Assembly (NCBI RefSeq): GCF_009914755.1
Contig: NC_060942.1
Length of the DNA stretch: 64,000 nt
Origin: the human T2T-CHM13v2.0 reference genome, Homo sapiens
Strand: one strand, 5' to 3'
The position numbers were made by a program, and so were the translations under genes. The notes beneath the pieces are model-generated. The model worked only from the letters and a program-made list of their open reading frames with translations. It was not told the origin of the DNA and did not search any database. Below, in pieces: positions 31,771-46,790 of the stretch. The number at the start of each line of letters is the position of its first letter. Position 1 is the stretch's first letter.

Positions 31771-33224
31771 CTTTGTAAATTTGATGGGGTCAGTTCTGCA
31801 TTGGTTGTACATAGGAGCAACCCTGCACAGAGAAACAGATCAAGTCTGGAACTAGAATAGAGTAGGTAGCAAGCAGAAAGTAGAAGGAAGAGCAAGCAAA
31901 ATAAATAGGTTCCTAACATCTGCTATTTCCCGATTTTTAAAAAGTGAATGCACAGACAACAGACACCAACTCTGTACACAAAAACACACTTTAATGTTAA
32001 CTAGAATTATTCCTCAGATGCACACAGTTTGCGTTTGTTTATGCATGGTGTAGCTGCCACTTACGTAGTGTTTATTACATAGCTGGCACTGTTCTAAGCA
32101 GTTAACTCATAAACGCATTTAAAGCTCACAGCAGCCCTATGAGGAAAATGCTGTAATACGTGGCACTTAGCAGATGAGCAGAAGGAGCCCCAGAAAAGCC
32201 TGGGTAAGAAAGGACAGAGCAGAGGTTTGAATCCAGGCAGACCATCTCCAGTCCATACTGCTCACACCTGACACTACACTGATCGCCTACGAAGTCTGCT
32301 GTACTTACTCTGCTGACATGCTTGGAAAAGAAACACATTCTAAGTAGTTAATAATCAATCATTTCCCATATAAGAATATATTGCAACATTCAGAAAAGGG
32401 TTAAAATATTCTGTAATCCTACCACTATATCACATTGCTGGGGTAGCCCAATCACCGCAGAGACTTTATGAAAGAGGTTTCTGAGTCCTATTTCAAAACA
32501 TCAGTGACTAGGGCAAAACCCCTCCCTAAACCTAAGCCGTTTACAGTATAAATTTGGGAAGGAAACTATTTGAGATGGCCGTTGGAGATTTCTACTAGAA
32601 CAATTTGATTATTTCTTTTACAGTCTACATATGAATAGTTGAATCATTTAATTGCAGGAGTTAAAAGACTTGTCTGTGTTTAGAAAAATGAGATTTTTAT
32701 TTGGGATTCCCCAGTATATTAGAAAGATGATTCTCAGTAAATTGTGGGCAAGAAGGAAATAATATACATATTTGTGGCTATGAGAGCTAACCAGAAAAAA
32801 AAAAAAGAAAGAAAGAAAGAAAGAAACTCTCTGGACTCGCACAGTTCCAAAAACTGCTGAATGTTGTCTTTTTTTTTTTTTCCACCCTACTAAGCATTTC
32901 TCTCTTATCGAGGAGGATTCATTTCCCACCTGTTTCTTTTACGTTCTTGAAATACATATAAAGTTAGTGTTTATTTTCTACCCACTGAAATCTTGTTCAA
33001 GTTATTCTTTCTTTGGTCTCTACTTTCAGAAGTCACAACTTGTTTTGAAAACATTAGCATGAGAGAAGGCTTCTTTTTATGTACCACAAACTCTCAACTA
33101 TTTAGAATGCTTGCTTCAGAGGTAAAGAGATGCCTGGTGGCTTTTCTGCTTTGTAACAATGGCCGTGTAAACAACATGACTGGACAAAACCAAAAATGTG
33201 CTTAGACAGAGTTCCTTCTTCCTG

Positions 33225-33341
33225 TCCAGGCAAGGTGGCTCACGTCTATAATCCCAACACTTTAGGAGGCTGAGGCGGGTGGATCACTTGAGGTCAGGAG
33301 TTCAAGACCAGCCTGGGCGGCATAGGGAAACCCTGTCTTTG

Positions 33342-33375
<34 letters not shown>

Positions 33376-33529
33376 GGGTGTGGTGGTGCACTCCTGTGAT
33401 CTCAGCTACTTGGGAGGCTGAGGTGGGAGGATCGCTTGAACCAGGGAGGCAGAGGTTGCAGGAGCTGAAATCATGTCACTGCACTCAAGCCTGGGCAACA
33501 GAGCGAGACCCTGCCTTAAAAAAAAAAAA
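33225..33529 (+). mobile_element. AluJ-like element with long central A tract
   Basis: Dimer; linker expanded to ~29 A. Confidence 0.92.
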
Positions 33530-35115
33530 TGGAATTCCTTCTTCTTCTGATGAGTGCTTCTCATCATTGGGGTCACAATTATCAATGCCAGTTTTTTATA
33601 GCCCAACGTTATTTGAAACGTCCATATGTTTGTGTTATAAATTAATACACGTATTTAAAATATGGGTTATAGAAAAGATACCATATGCAGTGGTCCAGAA
33701 TTTTGAGTTGTACTGTCCTTGTTCTTCACATGGGGTATTAGATTTCAACCAAAATGAAGATCATATCTTCAAGTAGATTGCCAGAAGGCACCATACTGGA
33801 AGCTCACGGGTAGTGCACTCTGTTCAATGAGGGCAGAAAGACAGTGACATATGAGGTCTTCCAAAGGTGACATGGAATGCAGGCAGAGATGAAATGTAGA
33901 GGAGAAAGAATGCAAAGCTGCAAAACATGGGCCCTATCTGTACTTGGATCTGGTCCTTGGATTGCAGAGCTCACTGCTGTGTGCATAGACCTGGCAAGTG
34001 TACGGTTGCCAGTTTGATTCCGATGAAGGGCATTTAGAAGAATCAAAGGATGAAAGACAACGGAAAGGAGTTAACATCATGACCTCCATTTTACTGATGG
34101 CATGGCTGAGGTCCAAAAGAGTTAAGTGACACAGAGCTAGAGCAGCATAAAGCCAGCACTTGTCACCTTCTCTAGTTTCATAATTCATAACTTTTCTGTG
34201 GTAAATGTTCCTGGTCACCAATAAAATGGGATGACAGTGTGGACAGCTCTATCCAAACCATTACTTCTGATAAACAAATCAAACTCAGGGATGCTGCTGG
34301 TTCAGAGCTGCTTCCTCCTCTCTGGGGACTGGCCTATGTCCCAGGGGCTCAAAAGCATCACCACCTTCATTTATCCTTACAATGAAACCTTGAGGGACAC
34401 GACTGTCTACACTTCTAATTGGAAAGCCGTATCTGATTCATTCAAATGTTCAGATCTTCAAAAAGTAAAGTGGCCTAGAGTGGAATCTTAAAGTTGAGAG
34501 TATGGACTCAGGGAGATGCTGTTCATTAGCCAGGATAAGAGATGTGGTTTGAAAGAGCTGGACTTCCTTTTCTCACTTTGTAATTGACCTGCTGACTAAA
34601 CTTGGGCTACTCACTTCTTAACCTCAGTCTGTCTTGAATTTCCCCTGTGCAAAAAAACATGGGAAGACAATATCTAAATGCCTCTCAGGGATGTTGTGAA
34701 GAGGACCTCATCGATGTTTTAAACCACATGGTCCTAGGAAGGTGCTATATATTACCATCATTAAAATCACCTGTGGTTGGCTGCAGCCCTCCCCCCCCGC
34801 CACACACACAAACATTTCTTACCAAAAAAAAAAAAGTAAGAAATTAATTTTCTTCTTATCTGAAGGGATTTCACAAAACTTCCTATTAAAGCATTAACAT
34901 TCTGAAAACTGAATTCAATTCAATGTGGCAAGGGTATGACTGATAACCAATCTTAATCCCAATCTCTTCTTCCTTAAGGAAAGAATTTTACCTGATGGTT
35001 AATTAATCAAATATAGTCGATGGGATACATTTAGTCAATAATATTCCATTTTAGACTTAGTTTAGTCAGAGAAGATTAGAAAAATGGTGTCATTGTGCAT
35101 TGGTTGAATGCTTAA

Positions 35116-35479
<364 letters not shown>

Positions 35480-36898
35480 TTATGGTAATAAATTAAGACA
35501 GTGAAAGCGTGACTTACTCAAGGGCTACATATATAAAGGTGACAGATCTGTATGTATCTACTTAAATTCATGCCCAACACAGCACATGTTGGGCAAGAAT
35601 TTGTGAGCTAGCTCAGCTTACAAATGGCTTAGACTAGGGGCATGTGGCAAGGGGTATGGGGGTCTACTTACAGTTTAGGGTCACAAAATAGGGCGATCCA
35701 ACTCTCCCACTTCACACAAAGCCTGCCCCCTTCTCCTGCACATCTTCCATACCAGGTCCTAATCAATCAACCTAACCATCTACAGAGTAAGCAGAGTCAT
35801 TAACAGTATGTTCTACTCTATTAAAACCAGACACATGGCCACTAAACAAGGTTGATCTAGGACAACCATTCCATTCAGAATGTTTTCACCAGTCTATGCC
35901 AAATGGGAAAAATGAGGGAAAGTAATGAGTTCTTTGAAAGTTAAATTCATTCAAAATTTTTAAAATTGTGTAACTTATTCCAAGGTTATGTCCTTACTAT
36001 TTTGTTTTTCATGTTAAATGTTCTTATTTTACCAGTGAGAGTAAATAATAGCTGATTTATTAATATCCCATTCTGGCAAAATAAAAAGTTAGCATCTCTG
36101 TATTGGTCTTTAAAATAAAGAAATGAAAAGCATTGAAATCCAAAGTTTGGCTAGCACTACCTTAGAATGGCTTACCTGTTGCTAAAAACTCACAGAGAGA
36201 CCCATGCGGCTACTGTGTCATGTGATCAAACATTTATAAGACACAAAGCCTCATTTCAATATGTAATGCCAAAGGACATCAAGAAAAACGAATAGACAGT
36301 TTCCCAATTCAGAGCAAGCAAAGTATGCTGCCATCTAAAATCAAATAAATGTAGATTCTAAAGTACTAAACAAACAGAAATTATGCTGTCATTTTTCAAA
36401 TGGTATAAAGTATTTTAATTAAAACCCAGAGGGCATGCAAAGGTATAATAATCCAGGAGACAGAGTCACGATAACACTGTTTATTGGTTTTCAACTTTCA
36501 GATCCTATCAATAGAAGCTGTAGACAAATATCCATTCTTCGTCTGAGGACAAATGACAGAGGATTTAACCATTCAGGGAACTGAAAAGAACACGGATGGC
36601 ATCAAGCTTGGCCCTAGCTGACAGAGGCTCAGAGGTAGAAGATGGGAGCCGAAAGAGTGAATGCTTTCATTTTTTAAATGAGTAATTAAGTGATGCTCTC
36701 TAAGGTCAACAGAATGAGAAATGAGGTTTCCAAGAATTTGTTTGAGAAATAAGCAATGTCCTTTAAGTGGAGGGACGGAGCATGGAGAGGGAAGAGGTCT
36801 GAGAGAAGACACAGACGAGGCTGAATCAGGGAGAGAAACCCCATTGACTATAAAAGGAAGGCAATGAAGTCAAATGTTTATAAACTGAGAAAGAGTAG

Positions 36899-37300
36899 TG
36901 TTATGGGTCGAATTATGTCCCCTCAAAAGATATGTTCAAGTCCCCAGTACCTGTAAATGTGACTTAATTTGGAAACACGGTCTTTGTAAATGTAATCAAG
37001 TTAAGAGGAGGTCGTTAGGGTGGGCTCTAACCCAATAGGACTGCGTCCTTATAGGCAGAGGAAAATGCCATGTGAGGAGGGACACACAGGGACACAGAGG
37101 GCAAGCTAAGGACCGATGGCACTTCCAGGAGCTGGAAGAGGTGGGGGGTGGATCCCCCTGAGCCTTCAGAACAAGTGTGGCCATGCTGGCACCTTGATTA
37201 CAGACTTCCAGCCCTCAGAACTATGAGATAATAAATTTCTATTGTTTTAAGCCACCCAGTTTACGGTATTTTGTCACAGCAGCCCTAGAAAACTAGTACA
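36899..37300 (+). mobile_element. MLT1B/C-type MaLR LTR
   Basis: tgttatgggtcgaattatgtcccc...gcagccctagaaaactagtaca. Confidence 0.85.
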
Positions 37301-40300
37301 AATGGTACTACCATATATTATTTAAAGATATGAAGGTAGCCACCCAAAGAACTTTCAACAAAGCTGGGAGGGTTCAAAGGTGTTTCCTCTGGAAAGTGGG
37401 ACCAAGGAAGGACAGGACCCAGGCAGGGCTGTTATTTTTTATTAAAAGCCTTCTGTGTTATTTGGCTTTTTAACCACACAGATGTCACTCTGATCATCTT
37501 TTAAAAAGTATAAAATATCTATGTGATGTTATCAGAACAAAACCTGGCCAGCTTTCTTCATAGTGGATGACAAACTCTGAGGATTGATAGCCACCTCCTC
37601 CACTTGTTCTCTGGCGTTGCCCTCCGGTCCCCCAGATCCCTATACACGGTCTCCGGCTTCAGGGGGAGCAGAGCCGAGTTGGGAGGGCATTGGCCTGGAC
37701 CTCAAAGTAGCCTAAATGTCTTGGCACGTTTTGTTCACATGCCTACCATCTCCATCTCAAAATCAAACACAAATTATTTTTGGACTTTTTACGGGTTTGC
37801 GTCATCGATGATGGTGATTTTCTCTATTGACTTGGATGATTAAGAACCGACTAAAGGGAAAACAGAGAACAGTGGTGAGCTTGTCACTGGCTTCCTTTGT
37901 AGATAAAAATGCAAAACAATGCCTGACAAAGATTTCAGTAATTATGTTACATATGATCAGAAAACCTCACAATAGAGCTTCACCACAAACATTTGTTCAT
38001 CACATTTTATTGAACCCATAAAAAGACATTCTAAGTGCTCCCCATGGCCCAGATGGAGGATCTTCGCACTGTGGTGCAGGCTGTGACTTCCCTGGCCGTC
38101 AGAAGTCCCATGCCCTTTGCTCACTCTAAGAAGAATGTTCACATTGAGCCCTGCAGCCTGTAATGTGGCAAAATGTTGCTGTCACCTCCCACATGAACAG
38201 GGCTATTGATGACTGTGGGGGCCTAGTGCAAAGGCACCAGCCCCCATCACAGAAAGAAAGCGGGCAGCGTGTAAGTGTCCCAAGCATGGCCCCGAGAGAA
38301 AAGCAGAATGCAAAAGGCAAACGCAGTTTGCATGCACGCAGGGCTTCGCTGAGGTCTATTTGTACCCGGCTCCCCATGGCAGCTGGGGAGCACCTTGCCG
38401 TTGGTTGGCACTGAAGCAGTGCCAGGTGGGTGAAAGCTGAATGAAATGTCTAACAGCTATCATATGGATGAACACGCAGGAAGCAGAACAAAGGAGCAGC
38501 ATTTTATCAGCAGCAGAATCCTGATGGCAGTCATTGCCCAAGGGGAAACCGTTTGCTTTTATTTTCATCCTGGCCTTCAGTTTCCCTGGGTAACACCTTC
38601 CAGCCATCCCAGTGGTTACCTTACCCACCTACGTGGTTATCAGACGTCTAGACTCAGCCAGGTGTTTTCCCATTCCATATTGCAGGGGGCAAGGTCACCT
38701 CGGAATGGACTTCCAAAGGCAGGTGGGAATTACGCCAATGAGAAAGCAAGTCACAATTCAAATACTCGCTGTATGTGGGAATCTATATTGAACAGAAAGA
38801 ATAAAATGACTCCATTTTTATTCTGTGAACTCTCCCTTCCAGACCCTCATACAGAAGAGAGTGTGGATCCATTTAAGGCTGACTACATTCAATTGCACAC
38901 ATCTGCTTTCTAATTGTCTCAGTTACCATTCTCCACAGCTGGCCTTTTCTCCGTTTTTGCTTTTAAAACATCACCTCTCAACATATTGTGAGGAAGACCA
39001 AACCCTTAGACTCAGATGTTCCAGAAACCTGATCTATTAGTTGTGTTTTGAACACGTCTGGCTACTTTTCATCTGCTTTTTTTTTTCTTGGTCACATGAA
39101 CACTGCTGTAAACAAATTCTGTAGTTTGAGTTATGATATCCATCAGAAAAGCCTAACAACACTGTAGCCTTCACTACAATGCATAAGCATGAAACACCTA
39201 ATTTTCCTCATTCCATACATACACACACATGCATGCACATGTACACGCACACACACAGCAATGTATCATTTGAAAACGGAGGCATAGTTCCCTAGCAACA
39301 TAACCAAAAACATGGCAATATCTTTTGGATCTCCAAGTTCTGGATTTATTATGTAAATTGTTTGAGGCTCATGATTGAAGGCTTCAAGATCTCATTTTAT
39401 CAAAAAAGATCTTAGCAGTTACTAGTCCATAGAACTTTCCCTGACAGCAGGGTACCTCTGCAAGGAGCTGCCCTGTCCATGAGCCAGGCACGCCCTGGTC
39501 AGCAGGGGCGGACGATAGCACAGACAGCAAAGGGCCAACCAGGCCAGAACAGTGCCTTAATCCCTAGGAATAAACATAACCCAACTTCTTAAGGGTCAGG
39601 TTCGTTACTAATGAGGCTCTGCGTTATGAAACAAACTCACGAGAGAAAGGTGATATCTAGCCAATTGATTTTAAAAATGGAAAAAAAAAGTGGCCCATGT
39701 CTTCTCCTATTCTCCTGGCAGATAACGGGGGTAGATGAAGTGGGAGAAATAAGAGGAACAATAACTCCTTCAAAAAGAAGAAATAAAATGAAAAAGAAAA
39801 ACAAACATGAGCTGGATCAGGAAAAAAAATAGGGCAAAACAAGCAGAAATGATCTTTAGATAAGAACAGTATTACATAAAACAGCACCCATAATATGTTA
39901 AAGCCACTCTGCAGTACAAATCACTTTTCCACAAAGAATTAAAAGAAGAAGAACAAATACAAAAATCAATTAAGGTCCAGGGAAGGGCTCCATTCCTTCT
40001 CGAGGGGCTGCTTCTTATCCAAACACTGGCTGATTCATGCAGGTACTGCCAGGCTGCCTCAGAGAGGGTATTTTTTATTTCCGCTTGACTTTGTCCATAG
40101 AGTGATTTTCCCATTTTAGTTTGCAAGGAAAGGTTAAGCAGGAGGAGTAGAATGTTATTCCACTTAGAAAAGAATCCAACCCATCCCAGGGCCTCAGGCT
40201 CAGTGCTTCCCTTTGGTGAACTAGTTTTCCAAGAGCCGACAACTAGCTGCTTGGTTGTGAGTGACATGAAACACTGCCCTTCCTCTCCTGGAGGAAGAAA

Positions 40301-40726
40301 CCATCAGCATCCTTCCAACTGCTCCCACTGGGAACAAGGCAGATGGAAGAAGACCAGCACGATGCTTGATCCATAGGGAGCACGAACTAGATATTCACTG
40401 AAGGAGTAAGGAGCAAGAAATAGATCTCTGACCCAAAGTGATAAAACACCAAAGCCAACTGCTCATTTCATTAGCTGCAAGAGAGCCATGCAGGGCAGCC
40501 TTTCCTCCCATAAGACAACTCAGCGTGGAGTTGTTGAATGAATAGGAAAAAGGGAGAGCTTTGAAACTCACATAGAAATAAAAACGGTCTTAGGGGATAA
40601 ACCATATTTATATTATACTACCTACGCCATTTAAGGAATGTGGTTATACATTTTCTGAAAAATAAAATGTCCTATCCTGTCTTAAAAAACTGAATTTGTA
40701 TAATATTGGGTTTGCCTAAAGAGTAA

Positions 40727-41353
<627 letters not shown>

Positions 41354-42779
41354 TAAAAGTAAAGAATCGGAGGTAGGGAACTTATACCAGGCTCACAACT
41401 CCACCTCCTGTTCAGAGTAAGTGCTGGGTTGCTGACCAAATTAGGTCTTCTTGGACCTCCGGAGCAGCCCTTCTGCATTTCCAGGAAGGAGGTGGACAAG
41501 TGGCTATTTTGGTCTGTCTGCCCATCTGGCTTGTTTGTGGCTGGCTAGTTCACCACCCAGCTCATGGTCAGGCTGGAGGATTGGGTACCTTTGCTCCGAC
41601 CAGTCAGACATCCCACTATGACACAGGCCACTCACTGCAGACTAGAGGGATTCAACAGGAAAGTCCCACGGGGTAAGCAAATACCACCACTACCCAAAGT
41701 AAAATTCCAGGCTAGGGGTCAGTGGTGTCCTCATCATAGGAAAAAGGGAAAGTACATCAGAATTTGACAGAGGAACAAGTACCAAACTGCTGTCCCCAAA
41801 TAAAGAACTTACATCAACAAGGAATATAAAAATGTTATTTAGGACTTCTGTTCTCAGATGTTTAATACAAAGGAGAGATTGTTGTGCCAGGGAACAAAGT
41901 GATCCAATATCCACAAAGCCAGAATTCTCCTACTGCACATTTTGTTTCCAAAACACTAAGGAATACAGCAAGATTTCAAGTTGGAGTAAAGAAGCTACTT
42001 CTGGAAACAAGAGAGGAGATAACTGAAGACTTTCACAGAGGGGCTGAAATCCTTCCCGGAAAACTGTGCTCATCAGGGAACCTCAGCCTAGGGGGCAGCG
42101 AGGGTGGACGGTGAGCTGACCTATCCCCAGACATGTGGAATAGGTATTGGGTGTGCGGGGGGTGCAGTGCAGAATGAAGGCTGGGAGTTGTTAAAGCTAC
42201 AGAATATTCTAGTAGCATACCACGGGAACTCAGGAACCTCAAACGTTTTTCAAAAATTAACGCTTTGGGCTCAGAGTTTCAGGCAGTCCAGTGTAATTTT
42301 ACTTCCACTGGGATTGTTGCCAGAAAGAAACAAGCAGTGCTCCTTGACTACAGATTTTTAAAACCTGTTTTGTTACATGCAGGTGTGTGAGATCCTAAGG
42401 AGACTTATTTAATTAAGATGGGGGTGAGGGAGCAGGAGGGCTGATGAGTGGCCCTTCTCCCTTGAATGGCCACCACATTGGACTGTATTACAGAACAAAA
42501 ACCCAAAAGCCCTAACCAGAAAGACAACTCAAGGGTGTCAATCTGTTTCTCCCGTTTCTAGTTCATTACTTTTACTCTTCACTGGAAGCAGTCACATCAT
42601 TGCATCATCACTCTCTCCTTTACTGGACTGAGCATTTCCAGAGGGTAATGCAATAGGACTGAGGTGATGGGGCTGGGAAACCAGGTCCCCTGGATCTAAT
42701 CTTGGCTCCACTGTACAATGGGATCAATGTCAAGTTACTCCTCTTCAACTCAGTATCCTCACCCATACAATCGGAATAA

Positions 42780-43043
<264 letters not shown>

Positions 43044-44614
43044 TGCTGCGAATCTTAAATGGAATAGTATAGTAAAACGCTCAGCATGCAGATGGCCCCG
43101 CCTTTGAATCCGCGGACTGCACCTTACCCGTCTTCACATCCTCCTTCATATTTGCTCATAGTAGGGCCTCATATTAAAATTTTTTAAAGAACAACAAAAT
43201 GTTTTATTTCCTCTAGTTTATTTTTTTCCTGATAACATGCTCCCTGCCTGTGCCCTAAACCCTCTCCCTGGCACTGGACTGGATGCTTCAGATCAGTTGT
43301 GATTAACATTTTACACACCCCCTGTAAAACTGGACACTAGCACTCAAGCATTATTTTAATTAACGGCCAGAGAGTGGCAAAATTAAATATGAGATGACCT
43401 ACCTCAATGCTCCACTGTGTCTCCTACCCCTGGAATTTCAAGGGGCCTTTGTTAAAAGTGAGTGTACAAAGGAAACACAAACAGGCAAAGGAGAGGAGAA
43501 GGGAGCAGCAGAGACAGATAAAAGCCAGGAAATCACAGCCCAATTCCCTGCACTGTCTCCAAATTACTGGTGTCTTTGAACAGCTTGCATGATATTAAAT
43601 ATTTTTAAGAAGTTACAATCCATGACAATAAAAACTGTAGTAAATATTAACAGAAACTGACATCGTAGAAATTTTTAGGGGATCATCCACTAAAGAAATA
43701 CATGATTTGGAATAATTCCTTCCTGTGTAATCAATGGGAACGAAGAGATAGCCAAGAGATTTGTGGCTCTTCCAGTCAATATGACACCCCAAACCTCTTA
43801 CTTCTCCTAACTTCTTTGGTCAAAGATATTTACAGGGCACCCATGTGGGGAGTACGCTGTCTCAAGTCCTCTCGGGATGAGAGAGACCAAGGTAAGGCAC
43901 CACCCTTCTGAGATACAGCGATGGGAGGTGACACAACTCTTGACATGACCAGAGCAGTGATGTCCACAGGGCAGACGGCACAGAGGCCTCTGTGGCAAGG
44001 GGCTGCAGGGGGCCCAAAGGAAAGAACACGGACTCTCACCGGTGACCCATGGAAAGAAACCAAGTGCCAAGATCTGGAGAGGCGCCAGGGTCCTCAAGGG
44101 ACTGGGAGAACAGCTGCGTGGCAAGTGGAGAAGCACCTGTGGCACTCCAGGTGGCTCCAGCCAGAACTCCAGGCCTCTCTGTCGCCAATCAAAATAAACA
44201 GTGAAGCAATCAAAGTGAGCACTCGAGTCCCATCAGCAGAGCACCACGCTAAGGTCTTGCTGGCAGCAGAGTTTGGGAAGGGGAAGGGCCACAATGGCAA
44301 GGGGAAAGCAAAAGAAAGAGAAGAAAGGGCCCTTGTTCTTGTGCAATTATTATTAAACTTGGAGAAAATAACACAATAAAAACAGCTATCAGTAATTTAA
44401 TACAGGACGATTTCCTATATTGTGGTATGTGATCTTCATAGTCACCTGTAACCCTGGGATATAGATATTACTAACCCATTAAACATTTCATCCAAGATTA
44501 AAGAAATAGAGATGAAACCAGGGCAGTTAGGTCAGTCTGACTCCACAGTTGGTTTTCTCAGCGATTACACTCTATCACTTCTTTCTTTGAAACAACTTCA
44601 CACACCCATGCATG

Positions 44615-45620
44615 CACATAGAAGAGGATTTTATAATTTAGGCGTGGGGAAGGTCAGTCTTAACTATGACTCAAACCCCAGAGGCTATAAAAGAAAAAAA
44701 ACTGATAAATCTGATTTCATGAAAATAAAAATTTTCTGCATGGGGAAAAAACACCATCAACAAATGACAAACCAGGGACCTATCTGGAACATAGATCACA
44801 GACAAAGGATATATTTCTTTAATATATAGGAAATGCCTATAAATCAATATGAAAAGAGCCAACGAATACTAAATCAGCTAATAAAGAAAATCAAGATAGT
44901 TCATAAACACATTAAAAGATGCATAACGACTCATAACAAGAAAAAAGCTGGTTAAAAATACTAGAAGGGTGAACATCAAAACATTTTATTATATAGGCAA
45001 GGGTGAGGCTAAGAAGGAAGGGGCAATCTCATAAACTACTAATGAGAAAATAAATGAGTACATCCGTTATGAGGGACAATCTGGCACTATCTATCAAAAT
45101 TATAAATGCACCTGCCCTTTGGCCGCAAATTCCAATTCCAGGATTTTATCCTGCAGATCAACTCGTATGTGTGCAAAATGATGTCTGTAGGAAGCTAATC
45201 TCTGCGGCACTGATTGTACTAGAAAATGTTTGAGAACAACCTAAATATCCAAAAAGGAGACTGATTAAATAAACTATGGTATATCCCTACAATGGGCTAT
45301 TATGTAGACACAGAAGAGAAGAGGAAGCTCTTAATATATTGATATGGAACAAGCCCCAAGGTATACTGTTAATCAAACAAAGCAAATTAAAAATCTCAAG
45401 CAGAATAGGCTATCATAAATATAAAAGAAAATCACATAGTGTCTACATATATATTTGTAAATATCCCTGAAAAGATACACAGGGCATGGGTGACAGGAGC
45501 TGCTTTTGGGGAGAAGTGGGAGGTAAAGTGAGGAGGGAGGCTCCTGTCACTGTATACACTTTGTATTTTTTGAATTTTATAATATGTGCTTCTATTGTCT
45601 ATTCAAAAAATAAATTGTAT
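44615..45620 (+). mobile_element. L1ME-type 3' region
   Basis: gacaatctggcactatctatcaaaattataaatgc; aataaactatggtatatcc. Confidence 0.75.
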
Positions 45621-45677
45621 ATATAATTTACTATATATTAAATATACAGATGACAAACCCGGAACCAATTTGGAACA

Positions 45678-45681
<4 letters not shown>

Positions 45682-45730
<49 letters not shown>
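45682..45730. repeat. Compound (TC)n(AC)n microsatellite
   Basis: Direct reading. Confidence 0.95.
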
Positions 45731-45789
45731 AAAATATATATATTTATACTACATACAAATCAAAATCAGGAGCCACACAAAGGCAGAAG

Positions 45790-45990
45790 TAGCTTCTGGC
45801 CCACAAGGCTGTGTGACCTTGGGCAAGCTGCTTCACCACTCAAGCAAGGTCTCAGCTTCCTCATCCATAAAATGGGGACTGGAATCCTCCCTTTCTCCTA
45901 AAGTTTGGAGAAGTAAAGGAAGGAATATATGTAAAGCCTTTAGGTCAGTGCCTGGCACACAGTAAATTTATGCAAGTGTTTGTTAAATAA
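45790..45990. mobile_element. MIR
   Basis: ctgtgtgaccttgggcaag...ctcagcttcctcatccataaaatgggg...gtgcctggcacacagtaa. Confidence 0.75.
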
Positions 45991-45999
45991 GTCTACTCG

Positions 46000-46790
46000 G
46001 TTGGTCAAGGAAGACATCTCTGAAAAGTGCCCTCAAAGTCAGATTAGAAAGCTCAGTAGGAGTTAGGCAAGGAGGAGAGAAGCAGGGGAAACAGAGAGTG
46101 CTCCTCAGAAGGAGTGGCTTGTGCAAAGGTCAGGAGGTGAGGAGATGCTCGCACTGAGGGAAGCCTGGGTGACTGGCACAGAGCCTGGGAGGGCAGGGGA
46201 CAGCACGATGCAAGGCCGAGGAAGTGAGAGCGTGGATCAGTCACGACAGTTTCTCTGGGGGTGCTCAGCAACCCATGGAGCATTTATACAGGGGCATTCC
46301 GTGCTTGGGTAGGTTTTCCTAGAAAAATTTCTCTGGCAAGAGTCAGGAGGACAGGTTGGAGAGAGGCAAAAACTGGGTGGCAGAGAGGCCAGCTGGAGAT
46401 TGTTGCAGCAACTCAAGGAGGAAATGATGAGGCTGTGAACTAAGGCAGTGGCAGCAGGCAGGGGATGGAGTGGGGAAGACACAAAGGAGGTGCAGTCAGC
46501 TGGGCTGTTTGACCTAGATGGTGGCTAGAGGTGGGACAGAAGAAAGAATTGAGGATAATTACCAGAGTTTTGACCTCATCAGTTTGGAGGACTGTGATGC
46601 AACTCACTGAGATAAGAAGATCAAGCAAAGGAAGTGGCGGAGGGAGTAAGATGATGGGTTAAGTCCCAAATTTGTTGAGGTTGAAACATCTTATAGGTGA
46701 TCTGTAGCTAGCTACATGTGTCTGAATTTCAGATGAAGGACCTGCAGTAAATATATATCCTTGAGAGGTATCAGCTAAGTTTTTAATACT
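46000..46790 (-). mobile_element. L2 fragment
   Basis: ggtcaaggaagacatctctga...gatgaggctgtgaactaaggcagtggcag. Confidence 0.7.

Noticed and set aside
32400-33200. Approximate position of a recalled BCL2 intronic blood-trait GWAS variant
   Set aside because: Coordinate mapping from memory only; cannot be placed from the sequence
38446-38913. 155-aa ORF in unique sequence
   Set aside because: No recognisable domain, antisense to BCL2, length compatible with chance
43921-44379. 152-aa ORF
   Set aside because: No homology recognised and no exon or retrocopy hallmarks
44529-44543. ERE-like AGGTCAgtcTGACTC
   Set aside because: Sits in MIR-like sequence with no supporting motif cluster noticed
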